DNA from: a virus
Direction: 5' to 3' (one strand)
Virus record (IMG/VR): IMGVR_UViG_3300045988_175223
Length of the DNA: 32,093 nt
Below, piece after piece: positions 1 through 6,990 of this stretch (the first letter of the stretch is position 1; each line of letters starts with the position of its first letter). The translations under genes and the position numbers were made by a program. The notes beneath the pieces were generated by a model. The model had not been told where the DNA came from and searched no databases. It was given only the letters and a program-made list of their open reading frames with translations.

Positions 1-456
1 GGCGGCAATCTCGACCTCAGAGGCACGGCGATAACCTCTCTGCCCGATAATCTTACCGTAGGCGGCTGGCTCGACCTCGAAGGCACGGCGATAACCTCTC
101 TGCCCGATAATCTTACCGTAGGCGGCCGGCTCGACCTCGAAGGCACGGCGATAACCTCTCTGCCCGATAACCTTACCGTAGGCGGCTCGCTCTACCTCGA
201 AGGCACGGCGATAACCTCTCTGCCCGATAATCTTACCGTAGGCGGCTCGCTCTCCCTCAGAGGCACGGCGATAACCTCTCTGCCCGATAACCTTACCGTA
301 GGCGGCAATCTCGACCTCAGAGGCACGGCGATAACCTCTCTGCCCGATAATCTTACCGTAGGCGGCTGGCTCGACCTCGAAGGCACGGCGATAACCTCTC
401 TGCCCGATAACCTTACCGTAGGCGGCTCGCTCTACCTCGAAGGCACGGCGATAACC
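1..456 (+). repeat. Tandem 60-bp coding repeat, 7.6 copies; units start at 1, 61, 121, 181, 241, 301, 361 and 421 (partial). Two more copies at 31984-32093 are the same array wrapped around the record ends.
   Basis: Direct reading: units identical at 54-57 of 60 nt. Differences are confined to codons 3, 5 and 7 of each 20-codon unit plus one synonymous aat/aac. Confidence 0.95.
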
Positions 457-924
457 GCAAAGGAAAGACGGAAAGTGTGCATCCTCAGACCTAATGATTG
501 TGTTGAAGGCAAATATATTTTTGCAGACGGCATCCTTACGCATATTTGCGGTAAGCCTCATAAACGCGGAAAATACACCTATTACAACGGTAAAATCAAA
601 GGTCGAAATGTGATTTTTGACGGCGAAAATTATGCGCACTGCAAAGATTTCAAAAGCGGAGTTATCGATTTGCAATACAAGGCAGCAAAAGATCGCGGCG
701 CAGAACAGTACAAAAAACTCAATCTCGACAGCGTAGTGACTTACGATGAGGCCGTCATTATGTATCGCGTTATCACCGGCGCATGTTCGGCCGGTACGGA
801 GCAGTTTTTAAGCAATCTGCGCGAACGAAAAGAAAAATACACCATTGCAGAGGCAATACGGCTTACTGACGGCCAGTACGGCAGCGCAGCATTCAAACGC
901 TTCTTTACGGCGAAGGAGGAGTAG
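1..924 (+). CDS. C-terminal part of a wrap-around gene (31915 -> 924): LRR-like 20-residue repeat protein (GGxLxLxGTAITSLPDNLTV x ~8) plus a ~165-aa C-terminal domain of unknown function. It is partial at the window start only because of the permutation.
   Basis: Frame 1 is open from nt 1 through TAG at 922-924; the track ORF 475..924 is its tail. The repeat matches the LRR core L4xL6xxN/T9xI11xxL14P15. Confidence 0.7.
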   Translation, partial: GGNLDLRGTAITSLPDNLTVGGWLDLEGTAITSLPDNLTVGGRLDLEGTAITSLPDNLTVGGSLYLEGTAITSLPDNLTVGGSLSLRGTAITSLPDNLTVGGNLDLRGTAITSLPDNLTVGGWLDLEGTAITSLPDNLTVGGSLYLEGTAITAKERRKVCILRPNDCVEGKYIFADGILTHICGKPHKRGKYTYYNGKIKGRNVIFDGENYAHCKDFKSGVIDLQYKAAKDRGAEQYKKLNLDSVVTYDEAVIMYRVITGACSAGTEQFLSNLRERKEKYTIAEAIRLTDGQYGSAAFKRFFTAKEE

Positions 925-926
925 TT

Positions 927-1142
927 ATGACACTATACGAAACAGTCGAACGCAATATCCGCGGCAGAATGGCGCAGCTGAAGCTGACCGGCAAGGACAT
1001 CTTTCGCCGGTGCGGATACAGCACTGCGCAAGGGTTTAATGTCCGGCTGCGCAACCCGAAAAGCATTACAATTAACGATTTAAGCTGCATCGCAAAAGTT
1101 CTAAATACAACGCCGGAAGCATTGCCGGAAAGGAGTAAATGA
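927..1142 (+). CDS. XRE-family helix-turn-helix transcriptional regulator (Cro/CI-like), 71 aa
   Basis: Small ORF with an HTH signature (GKDIFRRCGYSTAQGFNVRL...INDLSCIAKVLNTTPEAL); GGAGGA RBS; coupled to the upstream gene stop. Confidence 0.6.
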   Translation: MTLYETVERNIRGRMAQLKLTGKDIFRRCGYSTAQGFNVRLRNPKSITINDLSCIAKVLNTTPEALPERSK

Positions 1143-1143
1143 C

Positions 1144-1332
1144 ATGGAAAATACTTGGCTGTTTTGGACAATTATATGCGGAATAATCGTGTGGGCAGGA
1201 ACTGTTTGCACCTTTTACTATCTCGGCGTGCACGAGGGGCGCTTGCAGGAGCGTGAAGAGCGGCAAATGCAGCGCCGAGCCTTGCACTTACAGACTATAA
1301 GTGAAAAGAACGGAAGGAGAACATGGAGATGA
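1144..1332 (+). CDS. Small membrane protein (one predicted TM helix), 62 aa
   Basis: Hydrophobic N-terminus WLFWTIICGIIVWAGTVCTFYYL; AAAGGAG RBS; ATGA-type overlap with the upstream stop. Confidence 0.45.
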   Translation: MENTWLFWTIICGIIVWAGTVCTFYYLGVHEGRLQEREERQMQRRALHLQTISEKNGRRTWR

Positions 1333-1661
1333 GTTATTACATATGCGCCTGCGGCGCACGGTTCGCAGCCCCGAAAACCGTACATATCGGCGGTGAACGG
1401 CTTGAACCTGATTATGAAGTTTGCCCACGGTGCGGGCAGGACGAATATGACGAATACGAGGACTGCACCCGGTGCGGACAACCTGTTCCGACCGACACAA
1501 CGCTACTGACCGCGGACGAATATCTTTGCCCGGACTGTTCGGCGCAGCTTATAAAAAACGCACGCGGGGTGCTGCGCCACGCCTTTTCAATGGAGGACAT
1601 CGAACACCTGAACAAGATACTTTTACAAGCGCAGGATGACGGAGATGACATTATCATTTGA
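1323..1661 (+). CDS. Hypothetical protein with four CxxC pairs (double zinc ribbon), 112 aa
   Basis: CACG...CPRCG...CTRCG...CPDC spacing; AAGGAGA RBS. Confidence 0.5.
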   Translation: MEMSYYICACGARFAAPKTVHIGGERLEPDYEVCPRCGQDEYDEYEDCTRCGQPVPTDTTLLTADEYLCPDCSAQLIKNARGVLRHAFSMEDIEHLNKILLQAQDDGDDIII

Positions 1662-1669
1662 AAAAAATA

Positions 1670-1694
1670 CCCTGCCGCAGAACAAACGGCAGGG
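1670..1694. terminator. 8-bp GC stem-loop (CCCTGCCG/CGGCAGGG). The T-tract lies only on the minus-strand side; probable insulator or weak terminator after the zinc-ribbon gene.
   Basis: Perfect inverted repeat read directly; A7 on the + side gives a U-tract for minus-strand RNA. Confidence 0.3.
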
Positions 1695-1729
1695 CGTATG
1701 GAGAAAGGAGATAAATGTAAAGGACAAGT

Positions 1730-1906
1730 ATGAGAAACAACCTTCACGAACCCATTATAACACAACCCCGCAGTTTAACGCAAATCTTATTCGCCTTACG
1801 AATGCGGGCGGCTCAGAATCGCGTTCGGGAGCACGAACAGACATACGAACTCATTAAAAATCATATTAAGGAGGCCAAAGAAAATGGCAGGAATCAACAC
1901 AGGTGA
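1730..1906 (+). CDS. Possible 58-aa small ORF (MRNNLHEPIITQPRSLTQILFALRMRAAQNRVREHEQTYELIKNHIKEAKENGRNQHR), below the track cutoff
   Basis: Protein-like composition. Overlaps the strong-RBS start of the next gene by 23 nt; its own RBS is weak. Confidence 0.2.
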   Translation: MRNNLHEPIITQPRSLTQILFALRMRAAQNRVREHEQTYELIKNHIKEAKENGRNQHR

Positions 1907-2495
1907 CAAATTGATCCGCCTTAACGGCAAAGAGCGGTTGGGGCAGAACAGGGAATCAGAATACCTGGGCGCAGAGGATATCGACCCCGGCACAGAACCG
2001 ATACTGACGATTGAGGGCATATGGAACGGCTCAGTGACCCTTCAACGGGGCAAGGAAAATAAAGATGTGATTTCCTTTGTTGAAAACACTGTTCCGGGCA
2101 TTAAGAATGTGCGCCCCCTGATAATCAACGCCACGAACCGACAGACCCTGCGCAAAATATACAAAAGTGTAGACGCTGACACCTTGCAGGGCAAGAAAAT
2201 CCAGCTCTACATAGACCCCAGAGTTCGTGACCCCGAAACGGGCGGTCTGCGTGACGGCATACGAATCAGGAACGCAATCCCCAAGGCGGAGGTTATCAAG
2301 TGCGAAGTGTGCGGCAAGGTCATTCAGCCGTCAAATGGAATGACGGCGCAGCAGATAGCCGCATATTCGGACAGAAAGGTGGGTAAAAAGGCTTGTTTGG
2401 CTTGCGGTAAGCAATTGTCCGAGGAAAAGGCAAAAACGGCACAGACGGCTCCTGAAAGCCCTGTGGAGGGTACTGTAAATGAATCTGACAGCTGA
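1884..2495 (+). CDS. Hypothetical recombination-module protein with a C-terminal CxxC...CxxC zinc ribbon, 203 aa
   Basis: Strong TAAGGAGG RBS; lies immediately upstream of the Cas4-like nuclease and SSB. No family recognised. Confidence 0.5.
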   Translation: MAGINTGDKLIRLNGKERLGQNRESEYLGAEDIDPGTEPILTIEGIWNGSVTLQRGKENKDVISFVENTVPGIKNVRPLIINATNRQTLRKIYKSVDADTLQGKKIQLYIDPRVRDPETGGLRDGIRIRNAIPKAEVIKCEVCGKVIQPSNGMTAQQIAAYSDRKVGKKACLACGKQLSEEKAKTAQTAPESPVEGTVNESDS

Positions 2496-3240
2496 TAATT
2501 ATTATTCCGCAGAAGCGAACGAAGAATTTTGGTCGGCTTCGCTGGTGAAGAATATGTTGTGCTGCCCCGCCGCGGCATTGGCCGAACTGAGGGGCGAGTG
2601 GCACCGTGCGCCGAGTATTTCCCTGCTTGTAGGGAGTTATGTGGACGCATACTTTGAAGGCACTCTTGCCGATTTCAAAGCCGAGCACCCCGAAATACTT
2701 AAGAAAGACGGTACGCCGAAAGCGGAATATCTCAAAGCGAATCAGATGATAGCTCGCGCAGAGCAAGACCCCGTATTCATGGAGTATATGCAGGGCGAAA
2801 AACAGGTCATTCTGACCGGGTACATCGAAGGTTATCCGTTCAAGGCCAAACTGGATGTATACCTTCCCGGTCAAAGAATCGTTGATCTGAAAACGGCAAA
2901 AGACCTTGAACCCCTATACGATACGGAGCGCGGGAGGCTGCACCCTGCCGAATACTGGCGGTGGGACTTGCAAATGGCAATCTATTATGCGCTGGAAGGT
3001 CACGGCCTTGAAACAGACCTTGCAATTATCACCAAACAAGACCCACCGGCACTGAAACTGATAAATATTGAGGATTACCGCAGGGAAGCTCAGCTTAAAT
3101 ACCTTGCGGAGGTGCTGCCGGAACTGGACGCTATGAAGCAGGGCATTATCCCTGCACGAAGATGTGAGCGCTGCGCATATTGTCGGGCAACGGAACAAAT
3201 GACAGCGCCCGTCCCGCTCGGCGAATACGATATAATTTAG
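2479..3240 (+). CDS. PD-(D/E)XK nuclease of the Cas4 / RecB-exonuclease type with a putative 4-Cys Fe-S cluster, 253 aa
   Basis: IVDLKT (D-x-K) motif, upstream PG/E motifs, one N-terminal Cys and a C-terminal CERCAYC cluster, as in Cas4/DUF83. GTGGAGGG RBS. Confidence 0.65.
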   Translation: MNLTADNYYSAEANEEFWSASLVKNMLCCPAAALAELRGEWHRAPSISLLVGSYVDAYFEGTLADFKAEHPEILKKDGTPKAEYLKANQMIARAEQDPVFMEYMQGEKQVILTGYIEGYPFKAKLDVYLPGQRIVDLKTAKDLEPLYDTERGRLHPAEYWRWDLQMAIYYALEGHGLETDLAIITKQDPPALKLINIEDYRREAQLKYLAEVLPELDAMKQGIIPARRCERCAYCRATEQMTAPVPLGEYDII

Positions 3241-3249
3241 GAGGACGAT

Positions 3250-3426
3250 ATGACTATTCGGGAAACAAAAGACCGCCTTGCTGGAATACAATCGCATATC
3301 AAATCAATGATTGCGGACGAAAGCGAAGAATACGAACTTATCCCGCAATGGCGGCAGGATGTACAAGCCCTTGAAACGGCAATTGCAATATTAAACAAAG
3401 TAAGGACGGTGGACGAAAATGAATAA
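3250..3426 (+). CDS. Small hypothetical protein, 58 aa (MTIRETKDRLAGIQSHIKSM...), not in the track
   Basis: TAGGAGGA RBS 4 nt upstream; no in-frame stops; 8-nt overlap with the ssb start. Confidence 0.45.
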   Translation: MTIRETKDRLAGIQSHIKSMIADESEEYELIPQWRQDVQALETAIAILNKVRTVDENE

Positions 3427-3805
3427 GATCATCATAACAGGCAGGCTGACCCATGACCCCGAGCTCAAAACCACGGCAACCGGCACGGAAGTGTGCAATT
3501 TCAGCGTTGCGGTGGACAGACGATACAAAAAAGGCGAAGAAAAGCAGTGTGATTTCTTTAACTGTACGGCGTGGAGCAAAAGCGCAGCCTTCATCAGCCA
3601 GTATTTTCGCAAAGGGGACGGCATAGTGCTGGAAGGCCGTATGGAGAGCCGCAAGTATCAGGACAAAGACGGCAATAACCGTATGGCATGGGACTTGATG
3701 GTGGATAATATCGAGTTCCCGATAGGTAAAGGGCAAAGCACTGGCAGCACCGATTATACGGCGGGAGCGGAGCCGGTTGCACCCGAGGAAGATTTGCCGT
3801 TCTGA
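3419..3805 (+). CDS. ssb: Single-stranded DNA-binding protein (OB fold) with an acidic DLPF C-terminal tail
   Basis: N-terminus MNKIIITGRLTHDPELKTTATGTEVCNFSVAV is a typical SSB OB fold; C-terminal EEDLPF is the conserved partner-binding tip. Confidence 0.9.
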   Translation: MNKIIITGRLTHDPELKTTATGTEVCNFSVAVDRRYKKGEEKQCDFFNCTAWSKSAAFISQYFRKGDGIVLEGRMESRKYQDKDGNNRMAWDLMVDNIEFPIGKGQSTGSTDYTAGAEPVAPEEDLPF

Positions 3806-3818
3806 TGGGAGGTAAAGT

Positions 3819-4280
3819 ATGGTCATACAGGTGGATACCCGCGAAAAGGCGCGTGCTATTACCGGAATTCTTCGCCACTTCGAAAAAGAAAATATCCGCG
3901 TGCTTTCGTCAAAACTGCCGGTCGGCGATTATATGTCGTTGGATAATGCCCGTTTGGTGATTGACCGCAAGCAAAATCTTTCGGAACTGTGCGGAAATGT
4001 CTGCCAGCAGCACGCGCGATTCAAACGGGAACTGCAAACAGCGCAGGATTGCGAAATAAAACTGGTTATTCTGTGTGAACACGGCGGGCAGATAAAATCC
4101 CTTGAGGATGTGCGAAAATGGAAAAACCCACGCAGCGCGATATCACCCCTTGCTATGTCCGGCGAACGGCTCTATGCCGTCCTGCTGACTATGGGTAAAC
4201 GGTACAATGTAGACTATGTTTTTTGCGATAAACGGTGCACGGGTAAAGAGATTGTGAGGATTTTGCAGAATGGGCGATAA
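3819..4280 (+). CDS. ERCC4 (XPF/Mus81/Hef)-type nuclease domain protein, 153 aa
   Basis: VDTRE ... LPVGDY ... IDRKQNLSEL matches the ERCC4 signature (VDxRE, GDY, ERKxxxDL); GGGAGGT RBS. Confidence 0.6.
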   Translation: MVIQVDTREKARAITGILRHFEKENIRVLSSKLPVGDYMSLDNARLVIDRKQNLSELCGNVCQQHARFKRELQTAQDCEIKLVILCEHGGQIKSLEDVRKWKNPRSAISPLAMSGERLYAVLLTMGKRYNVDYVFCDKRCTGKEIVRILQNGR

Positions 4281-4752
4281 CAGTATTAACGGCTTTTCGG
4301 AAGACGAACTGCGCGATATCGTTGCACATAACACGCTGGCCGAAGCTGCAAAAAAAATAGGAATATCGCAATACGAAATATCCAAACTGCGCGTCCGTTT
4401 CGGTGTGGCCAGTCTTGGCAGGGGGAGCGGTTATCCCGTATCTACATTGTGTTGGCACTGTAAAAACTCTACTAACGGTATTGTATGCCCTTGGGTGCGA
4501 GATTATTCGCCCGTGCCTGGGTGGACAGCCGAATCGACGCTTGTTAAGTGCCGCGGCGGTGATAATAACGAGCCATATTTTTACTCAAGCATGTGCGTAA
4601 CTAAGTGTCCGCTTTTTTGCGAGGACGAAAGAGACCCCGCCCGCCGAATAAGGGCAGCAAACGCATTCGGAAGCGATATTGCCGGATTAAGATTGACACG
4701 CGAAGAACGAATAAGACGAGGAGAGGAAGATACTGATTATGAAAACCATTAA
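4270..4752 (+). CDS. Hypothetical protein: N-terminal HTH-like segment plus a Cys-rich domain, 160 aa
   Basis: TLAEAAKKIGISQYEISKL HTH-like stretch; nine Cys in CWHCKN...CPW...CRGG...CVTKCPLFC. Confidence 0.45.
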   Translation: MGDNSINGFSEDELRDIVAHNTLAEAAKKIGISQYEISKLRVRFGVASLGRGSGYPVSTLCWHCKNSTNGIVCPWVRDYSPVPGWTAESTLVKCRGGDNNEPYFYSSMCVTKCPLFCEDERDPARRIRAANAFGSDIAGLRLTREERIRRGEEDTDYENH

Positions 4753-4960
4753 AGCCTATCGCATACTGACCGGGAAAAGTGCGGATTCGCCGCGCACGGT
4801 GGTGTTTGCCACGGACAAAGCGCAGGCTAAGCTATCTGCCACGCTGACTGATGCCGGACGCTATTGCGATTGCAACGACATCTATGCCGAGCGAGCCCCG
4901 GAACTGGACAAGTACTACGACAAGAGCAGAGGGTTTGAGCTGAAGGAGGAGACGCGGTGA
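4739..4960 (+). CDS. Hypothetical protein, 73 aa
   Basis: Coupled ORF; stop overlaps the following GTG. Confidence 0.4.
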   Translation: MKTIKAYRILTGKSADSPRTVVFATDKAQAKLSATLTDAGRYCDCNDIYAERAPELDKYYDKSRGFELKEETR

Positions 4961-5103
4961 AAATCGGGCTGGTGGATGTAGATGGACACAATTTCCCCAA
5001 CCTCGCCCTGATGCGGATATCTGCATATCACAAAAAACAAGGTGATGATGTCGAGTGGTGGATGGCGAGATTTGCGCAGGAGATGAATACGCCTATTACT
5101 TAG
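4957..5103 (+). CDS. 48-aa ORF (MKIGLVDVDGHNFPNLALMRISAYHKKQGDDVEWW...) that looks like the N-terminal fragment of a larger protein; possible gene remnant or frameshift.
   Basis: GTG at 4957, 6 nt after AAGGAGGA. Stops at TAG 5101-5103 while another frame (5055..5435) opens at 5049. Confidence 0.3.
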   Translation: MKIGLVDVDGHNFPNLALMRISAYHKKQGDDVEWWMARFAQEMNTPIT

Positions 5104-5435
5104 GATCATTCGGAACAGTACGCCTCGGCGAGTATGCGCTGTATGATGAGTGTGTGATTGAAGACCGAGAGGAATTTAAGGAGAGATACTACGATCGCAA
5201 CGATGATGTGCTGTGTGAAGAATTTCATTACCGGCCTCTAATAAACGAATATTCGCTTAGAAACGGTGAGTATACGCGGGCAGAGTTTGAGGAAAACGAG
5301 CAGAACGAAAAAAGGCTTAACGAACATCTCTCGGGACTGGCAGAAAGAGCTTTCAAAAAGGCCATCATTGTATACATCGGCATGCCGGACGATATTGAGG
5401 AATTCAAGGAGGATCAGGAGGAAGCGAAAGAATGA
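5055..5435 (+). CDS. Acidic hypothetical protein, 126 aa (E/D/Y-rich)
   Basis: Track ORF; GTG start; frame opens at 5049 just before the end of the 4957 ORF. Confidence 0.4.
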   Translation: MVDGEICAGDEYAYYLGSFGTVRLGEYALYDECVIEDREEFKERYYDRNDDVLCEEFHYRPLINEYSLRNGEYTRAEFEENEQNEKRLNEHLSGLAERAFKKAIIVYIGMPDDIEEFKEDQEEAKE

Positions 5436-5752
5436 CAGTGGGTGATATGGATGATATGCGAGATACGCTGATTAAGCTATTCGCAAACAGACCCTGCGAA
5501 AAAATGACACCGTGGAGCTTTGCTAATTATCTTCTCGCAAATGGCGTAATCGTTACACCCTGCTTTGCTATGATAGAACAGTTTATAAAAGACGGTAAAT
5601 TCGACACAGGGCACACAGCGCACAACGGCAGAATCGCGGTTGTGTACATCGATAAATCAAAATGGAGCTGCCCGCTTATCGATATCACGGAGCAATTTTA
5701 CAATACGAGCAAAGCGGTAGAAAGAATAGAAGCATTAAATGAGAACCGATGA
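5432..5752 (+). CDS. Hypothetical protein, 106 aa
   Basis: Coupled to the upstream stop; protein-like composition. Confidence 0.45.
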   Translation: MTVGDMDDMRDTLIKLFANRPCEKMTPWSFANYLLANGVIVTPCFAMIEQFIKDGKFDTGHTAHNGRIAVVYIDKSKWSCPLIDITEQFYNTSKAVERIEALNENR

Positions 5753-5868
5753 AAATGAAGACAATAACAACAACGATTAAGTGGCGCAATGCAGCGGAGG
5801 AGCTGCCGGATCAAGGTAGACTACTGGTGCTATCTGGACGAGGTAGAGAGCAGCATACTTGCAGCTGA
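5749..5868 (+). CDS. 39-aa ORF with a DUF551-like N-terminal motif (IKWRNAAEELPDQGRLLVL); likely a truncated remnant
   Basis: ATGA overlap with the upstream stop; W..v.d.LP.dG..vLv pattern typical of DUF551; terminates early. Confidence 0.25.
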   Translation: MKMKTITTTIKWRNAAEELPDQGRLLVLSGRGREQHTCS

Positions 5869-5935
5869 GAACGGCAAATAATACAAGGCAATACACTGAA
5901 ACAGATATAGAAAAATTATGGGAGGAAGAAACAGA

Positions 5936-6217
5936 ATGATACACGCATTAAAAACACTGCCGGAATACTTCGAGGCGGTACGGAAGGGCGATAAAACCTT
6001 TGAGCTGCGCAAGAATGACCGCGATTTTAAGGTAGGAGACTATCTTGCTTTGAATGAATGGGACGGCGAAAAATACACCGGGCGGTCGCAACTGGTAAAA
6101 GTCACATACATGCTTGATCCGAATGACATAATGACTTGCGCGGGCGGGTTCGTAATACTGGGATTAAACTATTTCACAATAAATGCAGATAATATATCGG
6201 AGGTTGACAATGAATAA
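5936..6217 (+). CDS. ASCH-like / DUF3850 domain protein (PUA-like fold), 93 aa
   Basis: HALKTLPEYFEAVRKGDKTFELRKNDRDFKVGDYLALNEW matches the DUF3850 consensus; GGGAGGA RBS 9 nt upstream of ATG 5936 (track start 5918 lacks an RBS). Confidence 0.65.
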   Translation: MIHALKTLPEYFEAVRKGDKTFELRKNDRDFKVGDYLALNEWDGEKYTGRSQLVKVTYMLDPNDIMTCAGGFVILGLNYFTINADNISEVDNE

Positions 6218-6422
6218 GAACGAATCGGCTTCTGCGCCACTGTTGCTCATAACTGCTTGTCTGCTCACTGTTGCATTTGTTGTTTTGCGTCTTACAAATG
6301 TGATAGATTGGGCGTGGTACTGGGTACTTTCGCCGTTATGGATTTATGCTGTAATTTTCGTTCTTGTAGCCTTCCTTTCGGCGTGGCTGATTGTGCATCT
6401 GGGCAGAAAGAAGGACAAATGA
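6210..6422 (+). CDS. Small membrane protein with two predicted TM helices, 70 aa
   Basis: ATG 6210 after CGGAGG; hydrophobic segments LLLITACLLTVAFVVL and LWIYAVIFVLVAFLSAWLIV. Confidence 0.5.
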   Translation: MNKNESASAPLLLITACLLTVAFVVLRLTNVIDWAWYWVLSPLWIYAVIFVLVAFLSAWLIVHLGRKKDK

Positions 6423-6964
6423 TTGACGCGGCAGACGCTATCCGGCAGGCCGTGACGGTGCCGGAGGTGTTGGACAGATACGGGCTGATCGGGACGGGGC
6501 GGCGCAGCAAGAACCGCTGCCCCTGCCCTATCCACGGCGGTACGAGCCCGAACTTCGCATATACGGATACGGTTTATCACTGTTTCGTCTGCGGTGCGCA
6601 CGGAGATGTTATCAGTCTGACGATGGCACTGTTCAACATCAATTTCAAGCAAGCCCTGATGAGGCTGAACACGGATTTTCGGCTCGGCCTGCCCCTTTCC
6701 GGGCGAGTGGACAAGCGTGCAATGGCCGAACTTGCTGAACGCAGGCGCATAGATGCCACCGTGCGGCGCATAAAGCAAGCAAGAACGGATTTTTCCTATG
6801 AACGCTACCTTGATATCGGCCTTGAACTGATAAGGGCTGAAAACGCCGTTAAAAACCTTGTGTGGCTGAACATCAAAAGCGCAGACGATATCCCGGACGA
6901 GATTTGTAAAGCGATTCACGCGCTGCCCTATCTGCGGTATCAGATTGACAACATGGATTATTAA
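6419..6964 (+). CDS. CHC2 zinc-finger protein (DnaG-primase-type zinc-binding domain), 181 aa
   Basis: CPCPIHGGTSPNF...YHCFVCGAHGDVI is the CHC2 primase zinc-finger signature; ATG overlaps the upstream stop. Confidence 0.65.
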   Translation: MIDAADAIRQAVTVPEVLDRYGLIGTGRRSKNRCPCPIHGGTSPNFAYTDTVYHCFVCGAHGDVISLTMALFNINFKQALMRLNTDFRLGLPLSGRVDKRAMAELAERRRIDATVRRIKQARTDFSYERYLDIGLELIRAENAVKNLVWLNIKSADDIPDEICKAIHALPYLRYQIDNMDY

Positions 6965-6990
6965 AAATATTAGGAAAGGAATTGTGAATA

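Noticed and set aside
192-386. 64-aa minus-strand ORF (and its twin at 31866..32069) with internal repeats MPSRSSQPPTVRLSGREVIAVPLR
   Set aside because: It is the antisense reading of the 60-bp tandem repeat. The + frame carries the RBS, start and LRR-like periodicity; the minus ORF is a by-product of the repeat.
1636-1857. 73-aa + strand ORF after the zinc-ribbon gene
   Set aside because: It starts inside the upstream gene and runs through a perfect 8-bp hairpin. Its composition is poor and it has no RBS. A 58-aa ORF in another frame (1730..1906) is slightly more plausible and is listed with low confidence.
4957-5103. Assignment of the 48-aa fragment to a B12-binding / radical-SAM-type Rossmann N-terminus
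   Set aside because: The resemblance (PNLALM.ISAYHK.QGD.VE) is pattern-level only. It cannot be confirmed without a profile search, so it is left unnamed.
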